Below, one piece after another: positions 1-9,887 of a stretch of 50,413 bases of DNA. Position numbers and translations under genes: made by a program. The first letter of the stretch is position 1. Every line of letters starts with the position of its first letter. The stretch lies in contig CALREW010000003.1 of assembly GCA_943356415.1 (NCBI GenBank), forward strand, positions 1 through 50,413. The letters run 5' to 3'. The notes under the pieces are model-generated. The model searched no databases and was not told where the DNA came from. It saw nothing but the letters and a program-made list of their open reading frames with translations. The DNA is from Candidatus Nomurabacteria bacterium. GTDB taxonomy: Bacteria; Patescibacteriota; Minisyncoccia; Phycocordibacterales; SBAW01.

Positions 1-16
1 CTAGATGGACGGTGAT

Positions 17-724
17 CTACGCAGCGAGCCGAGTCTCGTCAGGTCCTCGGTCAGTGTATCGAGGTTCGCGGATATCCATGCCGACACGAGGTGCCGGCGG
101 TTCTTCCTCGTCTTCCTCCTGCTCCTCCTCGTTGTCATTGTCTGCAGAGAGAGAACCTTCTTCAAATGAGTACCCCCCTTGAGCGCGTTGTGTCTGGGCT
201 ACGCGGGCTCTTGCTCCGGCCGCAGCTCCTCCAGCAGCACCCGCCCCTCTGGCCCCAAGCGCAAGCGTTGCGAGTCGTCCGACAGGCAAGAAACTGGCCG
301 CGGCCATAAGAAGATTTCCCGAGGACTTACCATTTGCGGCTCTGATAGAAAGCCAGGTTCCGACGGTAAGCGACGGCAGATAGTTAAGCATGGGGACGAA
401 TTCGGCAATACCAGCCATAGCCATACGCCGTGCGAAGGGGGCTCCTTTGAGCCAGAGCCATCCGGAAATAAAAATAAGTCCAAGCAAGCTGAGAAAGAGG
501 TCCGCAATAAATGAAAATCCCACACCTGCAAAAGCGGCAGCTGCTACAAGGGCTTGTCCAACAATGGGAATAAGACCCACCCATCCCACCGAGGCAGCAA
601 AAACCATAGGCATAAACGCGAGCATCATAGGCTGGAGTGCGTCGATGCACACGGCAAAAAACAACAGAGCCGCCATCTCGAGGCCGCCGATCTTTTTCCC
701 ACTTTCTTTTTGTTCCACCTCCAT
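17..724 (-). CDS. Hypothetical membrane protein at the end of the VirB4 cluster
   Basis: Several hydrophobic segments, motif AEFVPMLNYLPSLTVGTW, acidic low-complexity tail; 12 bp downstream of the VirB4-like gene. Confidence 0.75.
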   Translation of the reverse strand: MEVEQKESGKKIGGLEMAALLFFAVCIDALQPMMLAFMPMVFAASVGWVGLIPIVGQALVAAAAFAGVGFSFIADLFLSLLGLIFISGWLWLKGAPFARRMAMAGIAEFVPMLNYLPSLTVGTWLSIRAANGKSSGNLLMAAASFLPVGRLATLALGARGAGAAGGAAAGARARVAQTQRAQGGYSFEEGSLSADNDNEEEQEEDEEEPPAPRVGMDIREPRYTDRGPDETRLAA

Positions 725-736
725 ATAAGGACTTGC

Positions 737-2557
737 CTAGGTCGGCGTAGAATCTGCGCGGGCTTTTTTTATAGCCATAAGTTCTGATGGGTCAGAGGTG
801 ATGATTTGGTTTTCGGTATATGAAGCAACCGTTTTTATAGCTACGTGCTTAAGTCCTGCAAAGAATATACCTTCGCCGAGATCGGACTCGAGAAGCAAGT
901 ATTTTTCCTCGTCAGAGAGATTGAACGTCTTTTGCACAAGGTCAATTGATGTTGGTGATTGCTTAAGTAGCAGTTGGAGCGACGAGTTCGTTATCATCGG
1001 CATTCCGTAAGGCGAGTTGAGGAAGTCCGCGACGTCCTGCGTGATTGTCGCAAGACCGAGATAATATTTGCGTCCGCGCTTTGCCATACTGTAGAGGAAG
1101 CTCGCGGTGTCTTGGCTTTTCATCATGATCCACGCTTCGTCGATAACGAGAAGGCGCTTTTTCAATGTTTTGCGCACCGAGTTCCAGATATAGTGCGTGA
1201 CCAAATACATAGCGACTGGCTTCAGTTCGTCTTCCATGTCGCGGATGGAAAACACCGCGAGGCGTTTGTTGAGGTCGACGTTAGTCGGTTGGTTGAGGAA
1301 TCCAGACCACGTACCTTTGGTGTACTTGCTCAAGCGTTGCACCAACGACTCGCTTCCCTCCATGCCAGCTAGTACGAGCTCGAAGTCGGAGAGAAGCGGA
1401 GGCTCTATCTGCGAGAAATCAGAAGAGGGCGTGATGTCTTTGAGCGCGTACGTTTCTGTTATGGCACGGTCGATGATGGCGTCTTCCTCTGGGGTGAGAC
1501 CGCTCAACATGATGCGGAAGATGCCCACTAGTTCAACGATGTTTTTGCGCAATACGTCTGCAGCTGACTCGTCTTCTCGTGGAGTTGGGAGGTCAAACGG
1601 ATTTATGTGGTGTTCCGAGGTAAGCGAAATGTTGAAGTATCGCCCCCCTACCGCTTCAGCGAGGTTCTCGTATTCCCGCTCTGGGTCAATGACAAGGACT
1701 TCGGTATCGAACATCAGCGTACGCAGAATTTCGAGCTTGGTCGCATAGGACTTTCCGGAACCTGATTTTGCGAAGATAACCGAGTTGTAGTTTTCAAGCG
1801 AAAAGCGGTCGAAAAGCACAAGGGAGGCGTTGTGACGGTTGACGCCGTAGAGTATGCCGCGGTCGGAGGTGAGGTCGAAAGAAACAAAAGGAAATATTGA
1901 AGAGAGCGGCGTCGAGTTGAGTTTGCTGTGAACGTCGAGCTCGTCTTTTGCGATGGGAAGCGAACTGCGGAACCCTTGCTCTTGTTGGAAGAGTGCGGGT
2001 TTTACATAGACGAGCCGCGACTCAAGCATCGACTTTATTTCCGATTCGGTCTTGTCGAGCTCCTCGGCACTATCACCATAGATACTGATGTAGACACCCA
2101 CATCAAACATTTTCTCCTGTGCCTGTTGGAGGTCATCGCGGAGGTGTTCGATGTCGCGATAGGCGGTATCAAGCACCGGGTCGCGCACTAAGCCACGATC
2201 TTCGCGGGTGATAATCTGGCTCTGCACCTCCGCCACTTTCTTCTGGAACTTTTTCAACACCTCGGCGGTGTCGGCGGGGTGGATGAATATAGAAATATCG
2301 ATAACCTTATCGAGGTTGATGATAGGAGCAAACCAGCTGTCCGTAAGAAAACGTGGGTAGGACATCACAAAGAACGTTCGCGCTATTTTGTCACCGAGGT
2401 TAAGTTCGCGCGGCGATATTTTGAGTGCTGAGGGCGCGATGACGTCCTGAAGCTCCAATACCCCTTCGCGGTATATCTCTTCGGGAAGTATAGGAGAGAG
2501 CGCCGAGGGTTTCGTCCCCTCTTTGCCCTTGCCGGTTAGAAAATCAAGCAGTGCCAT
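737..2557 (-). CDS. VirB4/TraC-like type IV secretion ATPase
   Basis: Walker A AKSGSGKS, VIDPEREY, INPFD, Walker B LVIDEAW, RKY...ITQ motifs. Confidence 0.9.
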   Translation of the reverse strand: MALLDFLTGKGKEGTKPSALSPILPEEIYREGVLELQDVIAPSALKISPRELNLGDKIARTFFVMSYPRFLTDSWFAPIINLDKVIDISIFIHPADTAEVLKKFQKKVAEVQSQIITREDRGLVRDPVLDTAYRDIEHLRDDLQQAQEKMFDVGVYISIYGDSAEELDKTESEIKSMLESRLVYVKPALFQQEQGFRSSLPIAKDELDVHSKLNSTPLSSIFPFVSFDLTSDRGILYGVNRHNASLVLFDRFSLENYNSVIFAKSGSGKSYATKLEILRTLMFDTEVLVIDPEREYENLAEAVGGRYFNISLTSEHHINPFDLPTPREDESAADVLRKNIVELVGIFRIMLSGLTPEEDAIIDRAITETYALKDITPSSDFSQIEPPLLSDFELVLAGMEGSESLVQRLSKYTKGTWSGFLNQPTNVDLNKRLAVFSIRDMEDELKPVAMYLVTHYIWNSVRKTLKKRLLVIDEAWIMMKSQDTASFLYSMAKRGRKYYLGLATITQDVADFLNSPYGMPMITNSSLQLLLKQSPTSIDLVQKTFNLSDEEKYLLLESDLGEGIFFAGLKHVAIKTVASYTENQIITSDPSELMAIKKARADSTPT

Positions 2558-3191
2558 ATTGTTTTGCGAGTTGCATAGGCTTCTCTAGTTCGCCTGGGTT
2601 AAACAGTTTGTAGAAAAGCTCGATCACTTCCTCGGTGCCAAGTTCGGCCACACGCACGCCACTTCTTACTAAGCCTTGTTCGACAACCGAGATGCGTTGA
2701 GAGAGTTGCTGATGGTGTTCTTCGAAGTTGGCAGCTTCCTCCTCGCGCGTGCGATTTCCGCCGATCAGCCCTCCAAGAATACCCCCTTCCCTTTTGATAA
2801 CCGCAGGATCATACGGTATGACGACAAAGAAACTTTTTGCCATGATGTTGGCGCGGTCGGTGAATTCTCTGATGTAGTTTATGTAGGAGCGTATCTGAAC
2901 TTTCATCAAGTCGTCCAATTGCTCGGTATATCGGTCTTCAAGGAGTGCGAGATATGGGCGTATGTCGAGTTTGCGCGATTGGATAAAAAACTGAACAGTG
3001 AAATCGAGTGAGTTTAAGAATTGTTGGAACTGAGCGATGATTGCCGACTGCTCGTCGCCTGATTTAAGTGCAAAATTTACGGAACTCGCCAAAAGAATAG
3101 CGCGCAATCCGCCGTCCTTAAGGACAATGGTCCCGTTGCGTACTTCTTTGATGGGGACGAACCCCTGAGTTGCTTGTGCGTTTGTTGCCAT
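2544..3191 (-). CDS. VirB4 N-terminal-like (TraC-related) accessory protein
   Basis: VNFALKSGDEQ...FLNSLDF..Q motif typical of the gene upstream of CPR VirB4; overlaps the VirB4 start. Confidence 0.75.
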   Translation of the reverse strand: MATNAQATQGFVPIKEVRNGTIVLKDGGLRAILLASSVNFALKSGDEQSAIIAQFQQFLNSLDFTVQFFIQSRKLDIRPYLALLEDRYTEQLDDLMKVQIRSYINYIREFTDRANIMAKSFFVVIPYDPAVIKREGGILGGLIGGNRTREEEAANFEEHHQQLSQRISVVEQGLVRSGVRVAELGTEEVIELFYKLFNPGELEKPMQLAKQYGTA

Positions 3192-3194
3192 GAG

Positions 3195-3620
3195 TTATTG
3201 AAGATCGTCCTCGATGGGAGCTTGTTGATCTTTGATGTTGAGACTCCAGGCAAGATCGCGAAGCTTGCTTCCAGAGAGTTTTGGGACAAGGGGCGCGATT
3301 GCGGCAGCTTCTTTGTGAACCGCTCCCTTTTTATTGGCTGCGCGCTCAGCATTCCAGAGATAGAGTTTCGTTCCCACCATATAGCGAAACCCAAACTCAA
3401 GAATGGTAAGAAACGGGCGGCCATTCATCGTGTAGAACGAGAGAGCAAGCGCTAGTGCCGCGACAGGAGCGGTTAGTAGAGCCGCAAGGATAAACGGCAT
3501 GGTTGAGAACGCCGCGAGCCCAACACCAGCACTTCCAGCCAGATAAATGAACTGTCGAGCGGTCAGGGGGCCAAATATTTTGTCCTCAACCTCAATAAAC
3601 TGCGGAACTTGATAGCGCAT
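3195..3620 (-). CDS. PrgI family membrane protein
   Basis: N-terminus MRYQVPQFIEVEDKIFGPLTARQF, two TM helices, NGRPF; start moved to ATG 3620. Confidence 0.85.
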   Translation of the reverse strand: MRYQVPQFIEVEDKIFGPLTARQFIYLAGSAGVGLAAFSTMPFILAALLTAPVAALALALSFYTMNGRPFLTILEFGFRYMVGTKLYLWNAERAANKKGAVHKEAAAIAPLVPKLSGSKLRDLAWSLNIKDQQAPIEDDLQ

Positions 3621-3697
3621 TACGATAAGTATAACCCCCAAGCGCGTTAGACATGAGGCGTTAGCAGCTTAAAAGCTAAAGTCTAGGGCACACGCCC

Positions 3698-4330
3698 CTA
3701 CTCGATGGCTTCTCGATACGGGTCATTCGAGTACCCAGGTCCTTTGGCTGGGGCAATACCAACAGTTACGGTTGTCCCTGGCGTTGCCTGGGGAGTGGAG
3801 AGCGTTTTCTCGACGGCTTCAAGGGGTTTTGGGGCCACTGCTACGGGAGTTGCAGGCACTGTGGGGGGCGCTTTTGGGGTTTCAACAAAAACGGTACTTG
3901 GTGCGGGAGGAACTGGGATTGGTGCCTGTTTGGGGATGACATCTTGCAAAGGCGGTCGAGCCGCCTCTGTCTTTGCGGGAGGAGGAGGTGTTGCCGCCTT
4001 TGGGCGTCCGCGTTCCTCGCTCATGCGGCGCATTGCAGTGCGTATGTGTGCGAATATTTCGTTTCCAACATCCGCAGCAATTTTTTGAGAGTCTTCGAGC
4101 GGTATTTTCGCTTGTGCAACCAAGTTGCGCACAAACGCACCTTCGTTGTCGAAGCCGAGCATGACAAGCATCACCTCCCGCTCCATAACGGTCTGTTGGT
4201 CGATGCGCAGCTTGTACCGCTGCCCGATGGCGCGCATCTTTACCGTTGCTTGCGCCTCCCCTATCGCCTGCTTTACATAGTCAGGGAGTTCGGCGATACG
4301 CTTGGCTATTATCTGCTCGGGAGTTTCCAT
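3698..4330 (-). CDS. Hypothetical protein with Pro-rich linker
   Basis: Helical N-terminal domain, Pro/Ala/Thr-rich linker, C-terminal DPYRE motif often seen in Parcubacteria. Confidence 0.75.
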   Translation of the reverse strand: METPEQIIAKRIAELPDYVKQAIGEAQATVKMRAIGQRYKLRIDQQTVMEREVMLVMLGFDNEGAFVRNLVAQAKIPLEDSQKIAADVGNEIFAHIRTAMRRMSEERGRPKAATPPPPAKTEAARPPLQDVIPKQAPIPVPPAPSTVFVETPKAPPTVPATPVAVAPKPLEAVEKTLSTPQATPGTTVTVGIAPAKGPGYSNDPYREAIE

Positions 4331-4353
4331 GGTCCTTGCTTAGCTTATAAGTA

Positions 4354-6522
4354 TTACGCGGTGTCTTTTTTAGGAGAAGCAGCAGCATCATTGGCGCTCT
4401 TTGACGTGCGGTTGTCATTTGCAGACTCTCTATTTATTTGAGCGATGCGGGCGTCACCTCCTTTCTGGAGTGCAGGCACCTCAACGACGGTAGGTGTCGG
4501 CATATTGTCGTTAGCTACAGGGCGTTGTGCTGCAGGAGTGGTTGGTCGTGGAGGCGGTTCGTCGTCACCACGGTCAGGTTTGCTCTCCCCTCGATTTGGG
4601 GCGTCGTCTTTCTTCTCAGCATAGGAACCAACGGCCTTGTCGATTAGTTCTGCACCAGAGAGATTGTTTGAATGACGAAGCGCATTGGCCAGGGCGTCCT
4701 CGCTGACGCTGTTATGGCCACCTTCAGCATGAGAAGGCTCGTTTTCGTTTGCGACTGCAAGACGCTTGGTGAGGTCACTGATCTTCTCCGCCGTCTGCTT
4801 ATCGCCGGCCTCCTTTTCAAGATTCTTGAATTGTTGACCGAGGAGTGCAGATTCAGTCTGCTTCATCTGTTCGGTGAGTCCTTGCATCGCATCAACAAGT
4901 TTCATGTCTTGCGCGACCGCGATGTTTGCCGTCTCTGCTTTGACGTTTGCATTAACTGCATTGTCATTTGCGGCTGTCCGTGGAGTTTCCGGCGGCGTTA
5001 TCTTTGCCATGATGGTATTGTGCTCCTTCTCATTTCGGCGCACTGCCTCTACCCTGCCGCCAACGCCAGAGGCGCTGCCTAATCCAAGACGAGCGGCAGT
5101 TGTCGGAGCTGCGGCTCGTGCATCGAAACTCGAAGACGCCACTCTATTGAGTGCGCGCCAGGTATACAGCGAAGAGAGACGTCCCGAGGAAGCTCCTTTG
5201 AGGAGGCCTTGATTGTTAGAAGCGCGCATCGCCAATCGGCCGATTGTGTTTCGGCCGACAAAGCCTGCAGCGCCGAGTCCAAAACCGCTCGCGGCCCCTC
5301 CGGCAAACTTCATAGCACCGCCAACAACCGCTTTTGCGCTTGCTTGGCCAAAGATGTCTCCAACTTTAAGTGCCGCCATAAGGAGTCCCACAACGACGCC
5401 GAGGCGAATCATGATGGTAATGATCGGACGAAAGAAATTCTCCACCGTACCTGCGCCTGCGCCTGAATTTTGTGCGGCTGCGTACAGCGAAGAGCCAATG
5501 CTCGATCCGAGGAGTCCTTTATCAAGAAACATAACGATGATGTAGAAGAAGAAAAGAAACGCGGGGGCAAAGAATGCATTTTTGATAAGCCCGTCCCACC
5601 AGTCACGAGAGACCTTCGAAAGACCGGGGATAATGAAAGAAATAAACCCTATTGGAGAAAGGATGATGGCCATCCAGAGACTTACGATGCGCGAGAGGAA
5701 TTGTACCGCTGCGGTGAAAAAGACAAAGGCCAAAATGAGGTTAATAACCCCAAACATAAAGAAGAGACCGATAAGTATCGCAACGTTGCCGAGGAACCCG
5801 TTGCTTTGGTAAAACGCTTGGAATGATTGAGTCGAAATGATTCCCTGGACGTTAAGACCGTTCATTATGTTTTCGGAAATGTACTTCACTTCAAGCGGCT
5901 TGGCCGCAATCTTGATGTCTCCTGCAGTGGAGGTTTGGGAGGTGCGACCATTTGTGTGGTCATAAAACTGGTGCGCGAGGATATTTGAGGTGTCGATAAT
6001 AACGCGGGTGAAAAAGAAACTAAAATTAATTAGAAGTGCTACGACAATAAGTTTTGCGAGCGTCTTCCCTGCACCTACCCCTTCAACGTTAAAAATGAGT
6101 TGGAACGCAAGGTATACCAACAAAAACACGAAGGCCATATTGGCAAGATCGCGCGCCACGGTCCAGCCTTTGTTAATAATTTCGTCTGCATACGTGCCAC
6201 CTTGGAGGGCAATAGAAGCCATAAAGTCGAACACCACGCCGCCAAAGTACGCAATAAGACCGGTCAATTGCACAAAGAGTGTGTAGAAGAGGCTCGCTAC
6301 ACAGACGGAGATGTTTGACCAACTGCAATCGAGTGGATTGGTGGGCTCGTTCGGCTGTTTTCCTGTTTGGTCGGTGCGCGGTATGGATCCTTGCGCTTGT
6401 GCATAGGTAGGAAGCGTCAGAAGCGGCCCTGCAACAAACACAAACATCATCAGCGCTAAAACCGGCAGGCGAAGCCAGGTAATTATGCGACTGGTAAAAA
6501 GTGTTTGTGAAGAGATGGTCAT
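4354..6522 (-). CDS. VirB6/TrbL-like polytopic membrane protein
   Basis: GW...RDLAN..F, ALLINFS.F...IID.SN, RIV.LW...ILSP motifs, many TM helices, low-complexity tail. Confidence 0.75.
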   Translation of the reverse strand: MTISSQTLFTSRIITWLRLPVLALMMFVFVAGPLLTLPTYAQAQGSIPRTDQTGKQPNEPTNPLDCSWSNISVCVASLFYTLFVQLTGLIAYFGGVVFDFMASIALQGGTYADEIINKGWTVARDLANMAFVFLLVYLAFQLIFNVEGVGAGKTLAKLIVVALLINFSFFFTRVIIDTSNILAHQFYDHTNGRTSQTSTAGDIKIAAKPLEVKYISENIMNGLNVQGIISTQSFQAFYQSNGFLGNVAILIGLFFMFGVINLILAFVFFTAAVQFLSRIVSLWMAIILSPIGFISFIIPGLSKVSRDWWDGLIKNAFFAPAFLFFFYIIVMFLDKGLLGSSIGSSLYAAAQNSGAGAGTVENFFRPIITIMIRLGVVVGLLMAALKVGDIFGQASAKAVVGGAMKFAGGAASGFGLGAAGFVGRNTIGRLAMRASNNQGLLKGASSGRLSSLYTWRALNRVASSSFDARAAAPTTAARLGLGSASGVGGRVEAVRRNEKEHNTIMAKITPPETPRTAANDNAVNANVKAETANIAVAQDMKLVDAMQGLTEQMKQTESALLGQQFKNLEKEAGDKQTAEKISDLTKRLAVANENEPSHAEGGHNSVSEDALANALRHSNNLSGAELIDKAVGSYAEKKDDAPNRGESKPDRGDDEPPPRPTTPAAQRPVANDNMPTPTVVEVPALQKGGDARIAQINRESANDNRTSKSANDAAASPKKDTA

Positions 6523-6525
6523 GGG

Positions 6526-8451
6526 CTATTGCGTGGGCTGCTGGCTTCCTGCTGGGAATAGGGAGTCAAACACCCCTGGGGCTTGGCGCGGGAAGTACTG
6601 ACAACGGTTCATTTCGTTGGCGATCTGACTATTGTAGGAAGAGAATTCTACCTGGAGCGACGTTAGTTCCGTACTAACTCGAGTAAGGTCGGACGGCTGC
6701 ACGTAGTCGGACAGAGAGCGCGTTCCGTTGAGGTCTTGTAGTACCGCTTGCAGTTCTGTTTGTGTGGTGGCAGCGGTCGCACGAGCAGAGAGCGTCTGCA
6801 GGTATTCAACATTGCGTCCTGACTGGGCGACGATATCTTTGTACGGTTGTTTACGACGCTCAAGCGCGGTTATTGAGAAGTCGACGGTCCTCCCTTCCAC
6901 TCCTGCTTGTGCACGATCACCGGTGTCCGCAAGTGGCGGCGTGGACTTGCCCGTTTCTTTGTCGTGCCAGCACGCAGCAACTTGTCCGAACTGCTGCTGC
7001 ACTCCTTCTACCATTTGAATCGCCTGGTTATTGCGTGACTGGTATTCCTGTTCGATGGCTATCGTGTTGTTGATTTCTCCGAGAACTGTTCCGTCAGAGT
7101 CTGCCCCGCCAGTCGTAGCAGTACCACTAAGGCTATCGGTGTACGAGCCGCGGTAATAGTCGTCTTGGTAAGAGTTCGATTGAGAGAGGCCGAAGAGTGA
7201 ATTGAGTGCCTTGCTGAGAAGTTGAACGACAAGCGCATCAAGAATTTCGTTGAATTCGTCTGCAAGAAGCAGCTGCGTTTCTCCTCCGCCAACGACTTGT
7301 GCAGCTTTTCGGGAAATAATTTCACCTGGTGTGAGGATAATTTCACGACACGAACCTTCTCCTGGCTTTTGATTTCCGGTACAACCGATCTGCTTCTTTT
7401 GTGCAAGGAAGCCACTGCTGATGCCTTTTTCAAATTTCTCACTACCCAATTTGGTTTGGTACGTGAAACTCAGGGTTACTTCAGATGCTAAGTACGCGCC
7501 GTACGCGTTGTTGACTGGTACGACTGAGAATTGTAGCCACGCAGGCCAGCCGCCACCGCTTTGGAAACTGCGTGCAAAATTTTCAACGTTGTTAATGATT
7601 GAAGTGAGTGTGCACGTCGGCGCTCTGTTTGCATACCGCATGGCAAGCGCGATGCGGATGGTGAGTTGAAACGGCGAACACAAAAAGGCGAGATATTGGT
7701 CGCTTTCTATTACGCTACCGATTGCGCGATCGGCAATACCAAGGAAGAAGCGTTGGTAGTCTTGGATAAAGGCTGGTCGGCCGTTAAAGCCGTTGTTTAT
7801 CCAGTCGATGATTGACGCTGCAATCGCGCGCCAGATCATTTTTGCAAGCGCCCACGCGATGCAGTCAAGCATCGACTCCTTTCCTTGCAGCGCGCTTATC
7901 TGTACGAGTTGAGCGGTCTGTATCGCGAGGATTGCTGCCGTCGTTTTGTTGAGTTCTTTTAATTCCGCCTTTACTTTCTCGTCTTCAACGGGCACGGGGG
8001 GGCCTGCAGGAGCCGTAGGAGTTTTAGGTTTTCCAGGAAATGAGTAGCCGATGCCGTCTGGGTCCTCAGGTGGTCTAGGCCCGCTCGCTGATTCTGGAAC
8101 AGGTTGAGGTGGCACGGGCGTGCCGCCGCCAAAGAGGCTGGTAATACCCACCGCTGCAAAGGCCGCAGCGATACCGGCTCCAATGGAGATGCCGCCTGCT
8201 GCCAAACAAGCACCAATCGAGACGGCGCCGGAGGCGGCTCCTTGGCTCCAGCTAACCGTGCCTCCTTGTTCTGCTGCGACGTTACGCAGCGCCGGACTTG
8301 CCTGGGCGGTTGGAACCTTAGCTGCGCCGGTGATACTACCTACTTGGGCGAACGCTTCTTGGGGCAGAAAAAATACCCCACCCCATGGCGCCATCGCAGC
8401 AAAAACAAGCAAGGAGGAAGTGAGTATGCTGGCTAGGCGCGAGTAATTCAT
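6526..8451 (-). CDS. Secreted or membrane hypothetical protein of the secretion cluster
   Basis: Signal-like N-terminus ending AFA, LDCIAW...WINNGF.G.P.F, LCSPF, GGW, TPG motifs; ATG 8451 overlaps the upstream stop. Confidence 0.75.
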   Translation of the reverse strand: MNYSRLASILTSSLLVFAAMAPWGGVFFLPQEAFAQVGSITGAAKVPTAQASPALRNVAAEQGGTVSWSQGAASGAVSIGACLAAGGISIGAGIAAAFAAVGITSLFGGGTPVPPQPVPESASGPRPPEDPDGIGYSFPGKPKTPTAPAGPPVPVEDEKVKAELKELNKTTAAILAIQTAQLVQISALQGKESMLDCIAWALAKMIWRAIAASIIDWINNGFNGRPAFIQDYQRFFLGIADRAIGSVIESDQYLAFLCSPFQLTIRIALAMRYANRAPTCTLTSIINNVENFARSFQSGGGWPAWLQFSVVPVNNAYGAYLASEVTLSFTYQTKLGSEKFEKGISSGFLAQKKQIGCTGNQKPGEGSCREIILTPGEIISRKAAQVVGGGETQLLLADEFNEILDALVVQLLSKALNSLFGLSQSNSYQDDYYRGSYTDSLSGTATTGGADSDGTVLGEINNTIAIEQEYQSRNNQAIQMVEGVQQQFGQVAACWHDKETGKSTPPLADTGDRAQAGVEGRTVDFSITALERRKQPYKDIVAQSGRNVEYLQTLSARATAATTQTELQAVLQDLNGTRSLSDYVQPSDLTRVSTELTSLQVEFSSYNSQIANEMNRCQYFPRQAPGVFDSLFPAGSQQPTQ

Positions 8452-9461
8452 GATTGTGATGAAAGTGCTGCAAATGAACCCCACCCGCCCCCGACTTCGT
8501 CTTTAGAGAAGGTGAGGCCTGAGTGCCAAACATCAAGACCCACCAGTACAAGTGCTCCTGCGCCGCCAGTAATCATGCGATTGTAGTTTTGGAGTCCCGC
8601 CACGGCACGTATCGGGTCGTTATTTACTTCAGCCATGTCGTCAAAAGAGCCGCCCGCGATCTCAAGTGCGTTTATTGCAAGGAGGTAATGCTCAGCATAT
8701 GAACTTGGAACGGAAACCGACGCCATGTCGCGCGCCATCGCTCGGTATTGAGAGCCGATGTAGCGCAGTCTTTGTATGCCTGCAGGACTGCCGTCCATAC
8801 CTTCACCGAATGCCTGCATCGCTTTTACAAAGTTTGCATCCGGGTGTTTCAGTATCGCCTGCATAGAAGCGTTCGCAAATGTGCGCACGGCTACATTGTT
8901 GTTTGAGACAACATAAATATCTGAAGGCCCGTACACCTTTCCTTTATAAGGAACCTCAGCGCCATTGACGGCTTCTTGAACTACTTTTGCTTGCGTCTGC
9001 ACATCCCCACTCGTCCCTTCGCCGCGGGCGGCTACATATCGCGCAAATATTGTTTGAGAAAGGTTGTCAGTGAGGTTCGAAGAGCTTGCTGCCGCGAGGA
9101 GTTCATTGAGGAATTTTTGGCTCTCTTCGTCAGCAAGAGAATCGTCAGGGCCGGCCTTTTTGGGGTCTCGGTTGAGCTTTATTTCATCGCTGTCTTTTGT
9201 GCCGTCGCCGTCAGTGTCTGCTTTTTGAGGGTCGGTGCCGCGAACTCCCTCTTCCCAGTCGGGCAGGCCGTCGTTATCGCTGTCGGTGTCGCCTACCGCA
9301 GCTTTTCCTCCTATTGAGACGTTTGAGATAACCGCAAACGCTGAAGACAAAGGTTTCCCGGCTCCTATATAGCTTGCCAAGACAATGCACAGAGCCGCAA
9401 TCGCAACGGAGATTACGAAAAACGCGAACCGCTTACTCGGCAAATACCGGCGGAATTCCAC
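8448..9461 (-). CDS. Membrane-anchored protein with Ca-binding thrombospondin type-3-like repeats
   Basis: N-terminal TM helix; DSDNDGLPDWEE..GTDP..DTDGDGTKD.DE motif. Confidence 0.8.
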   Translation of the reverse strand: MEFRRYLPSKRFAFFVISVAIAALCIVLASYIGAGKPLSSAFAVISNVSIGGKAAVGDTDSDNDGLPDWEEGVRGTDPQKADTDGDGTKDSDEIKLNRDPKKAGPDDSLADEESQKFLNELLAAASSSNLTDNLSQTIFARYVAARGEGTSGDVQTQAKVVQEAVNGAEVPYKGKVYGPSDIYVVSNNNVAVRTFANASMQAILKHPDANFVKAMQAFGEGMDGSPAGIQRLRYIGSQYRAMARDMASVSVPSSYAEHYLLAINALEIAGGSFDDMAEVNNDPIRAVAGLQNYNRMITGGAGALVLVGLDVWHSGLTFSKDEVGGGWGSFAALSSQS

Positions 9462-9513
9462 GCTTATTAGTATAACCCTCCGATGACCTTTGGGACTGCT
9501 ATACTTGTCCTAT

Positions 9514-9867
9514 ATGTGGATGCGCCAACACATTTCCTCACTACTCGTTGCGTTTATGTTGTGTGCGGCATTCGCAATGAGTGTTTTTTTCTGGCCTAGA
9601 TATGCAAGCGCTGCACTCACTCCCTTTGGTGGCCTCATAACTAAGGTGTTGCCCTGCAATGGCGGAGGTTTTTGGATGACCATAAAGCCTGCAGGGACAA
9701 GTCCGGTAGCTCAAATATGGTACCCATCCACAAGGACCTATATGCATGGACCCCCAAACCACACCAATCAGTGGATATTGGGTCTAGATTCTGGTCCTGG
9801 CACATGCATTGTTGGGAAAGTGCCTTTTGCGGGCATGCTGATGATGATCGTCGGAGACAGTCAGTGA
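9514..9867 (+). CDS. Small secreted hypothetical protein
   Basis: Signal peptide ending ASA, then PFGG...C...ILG...C; start is uncertain. Confidence 0.65.
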   Translation: MWMRQHISSLLVAFMLCAAFAMSVFFWPRYASAALTPFGGLITKVLPCNGGGFWMTIKPAGTSPVAQIWYPSTRTYMHGPPNHTNQWILGLDSGPGTCIVGKVPFAGMLMMIVGDSQ

Positions 9868-9887
9868 GGAAATTTCGCAAAATACCC

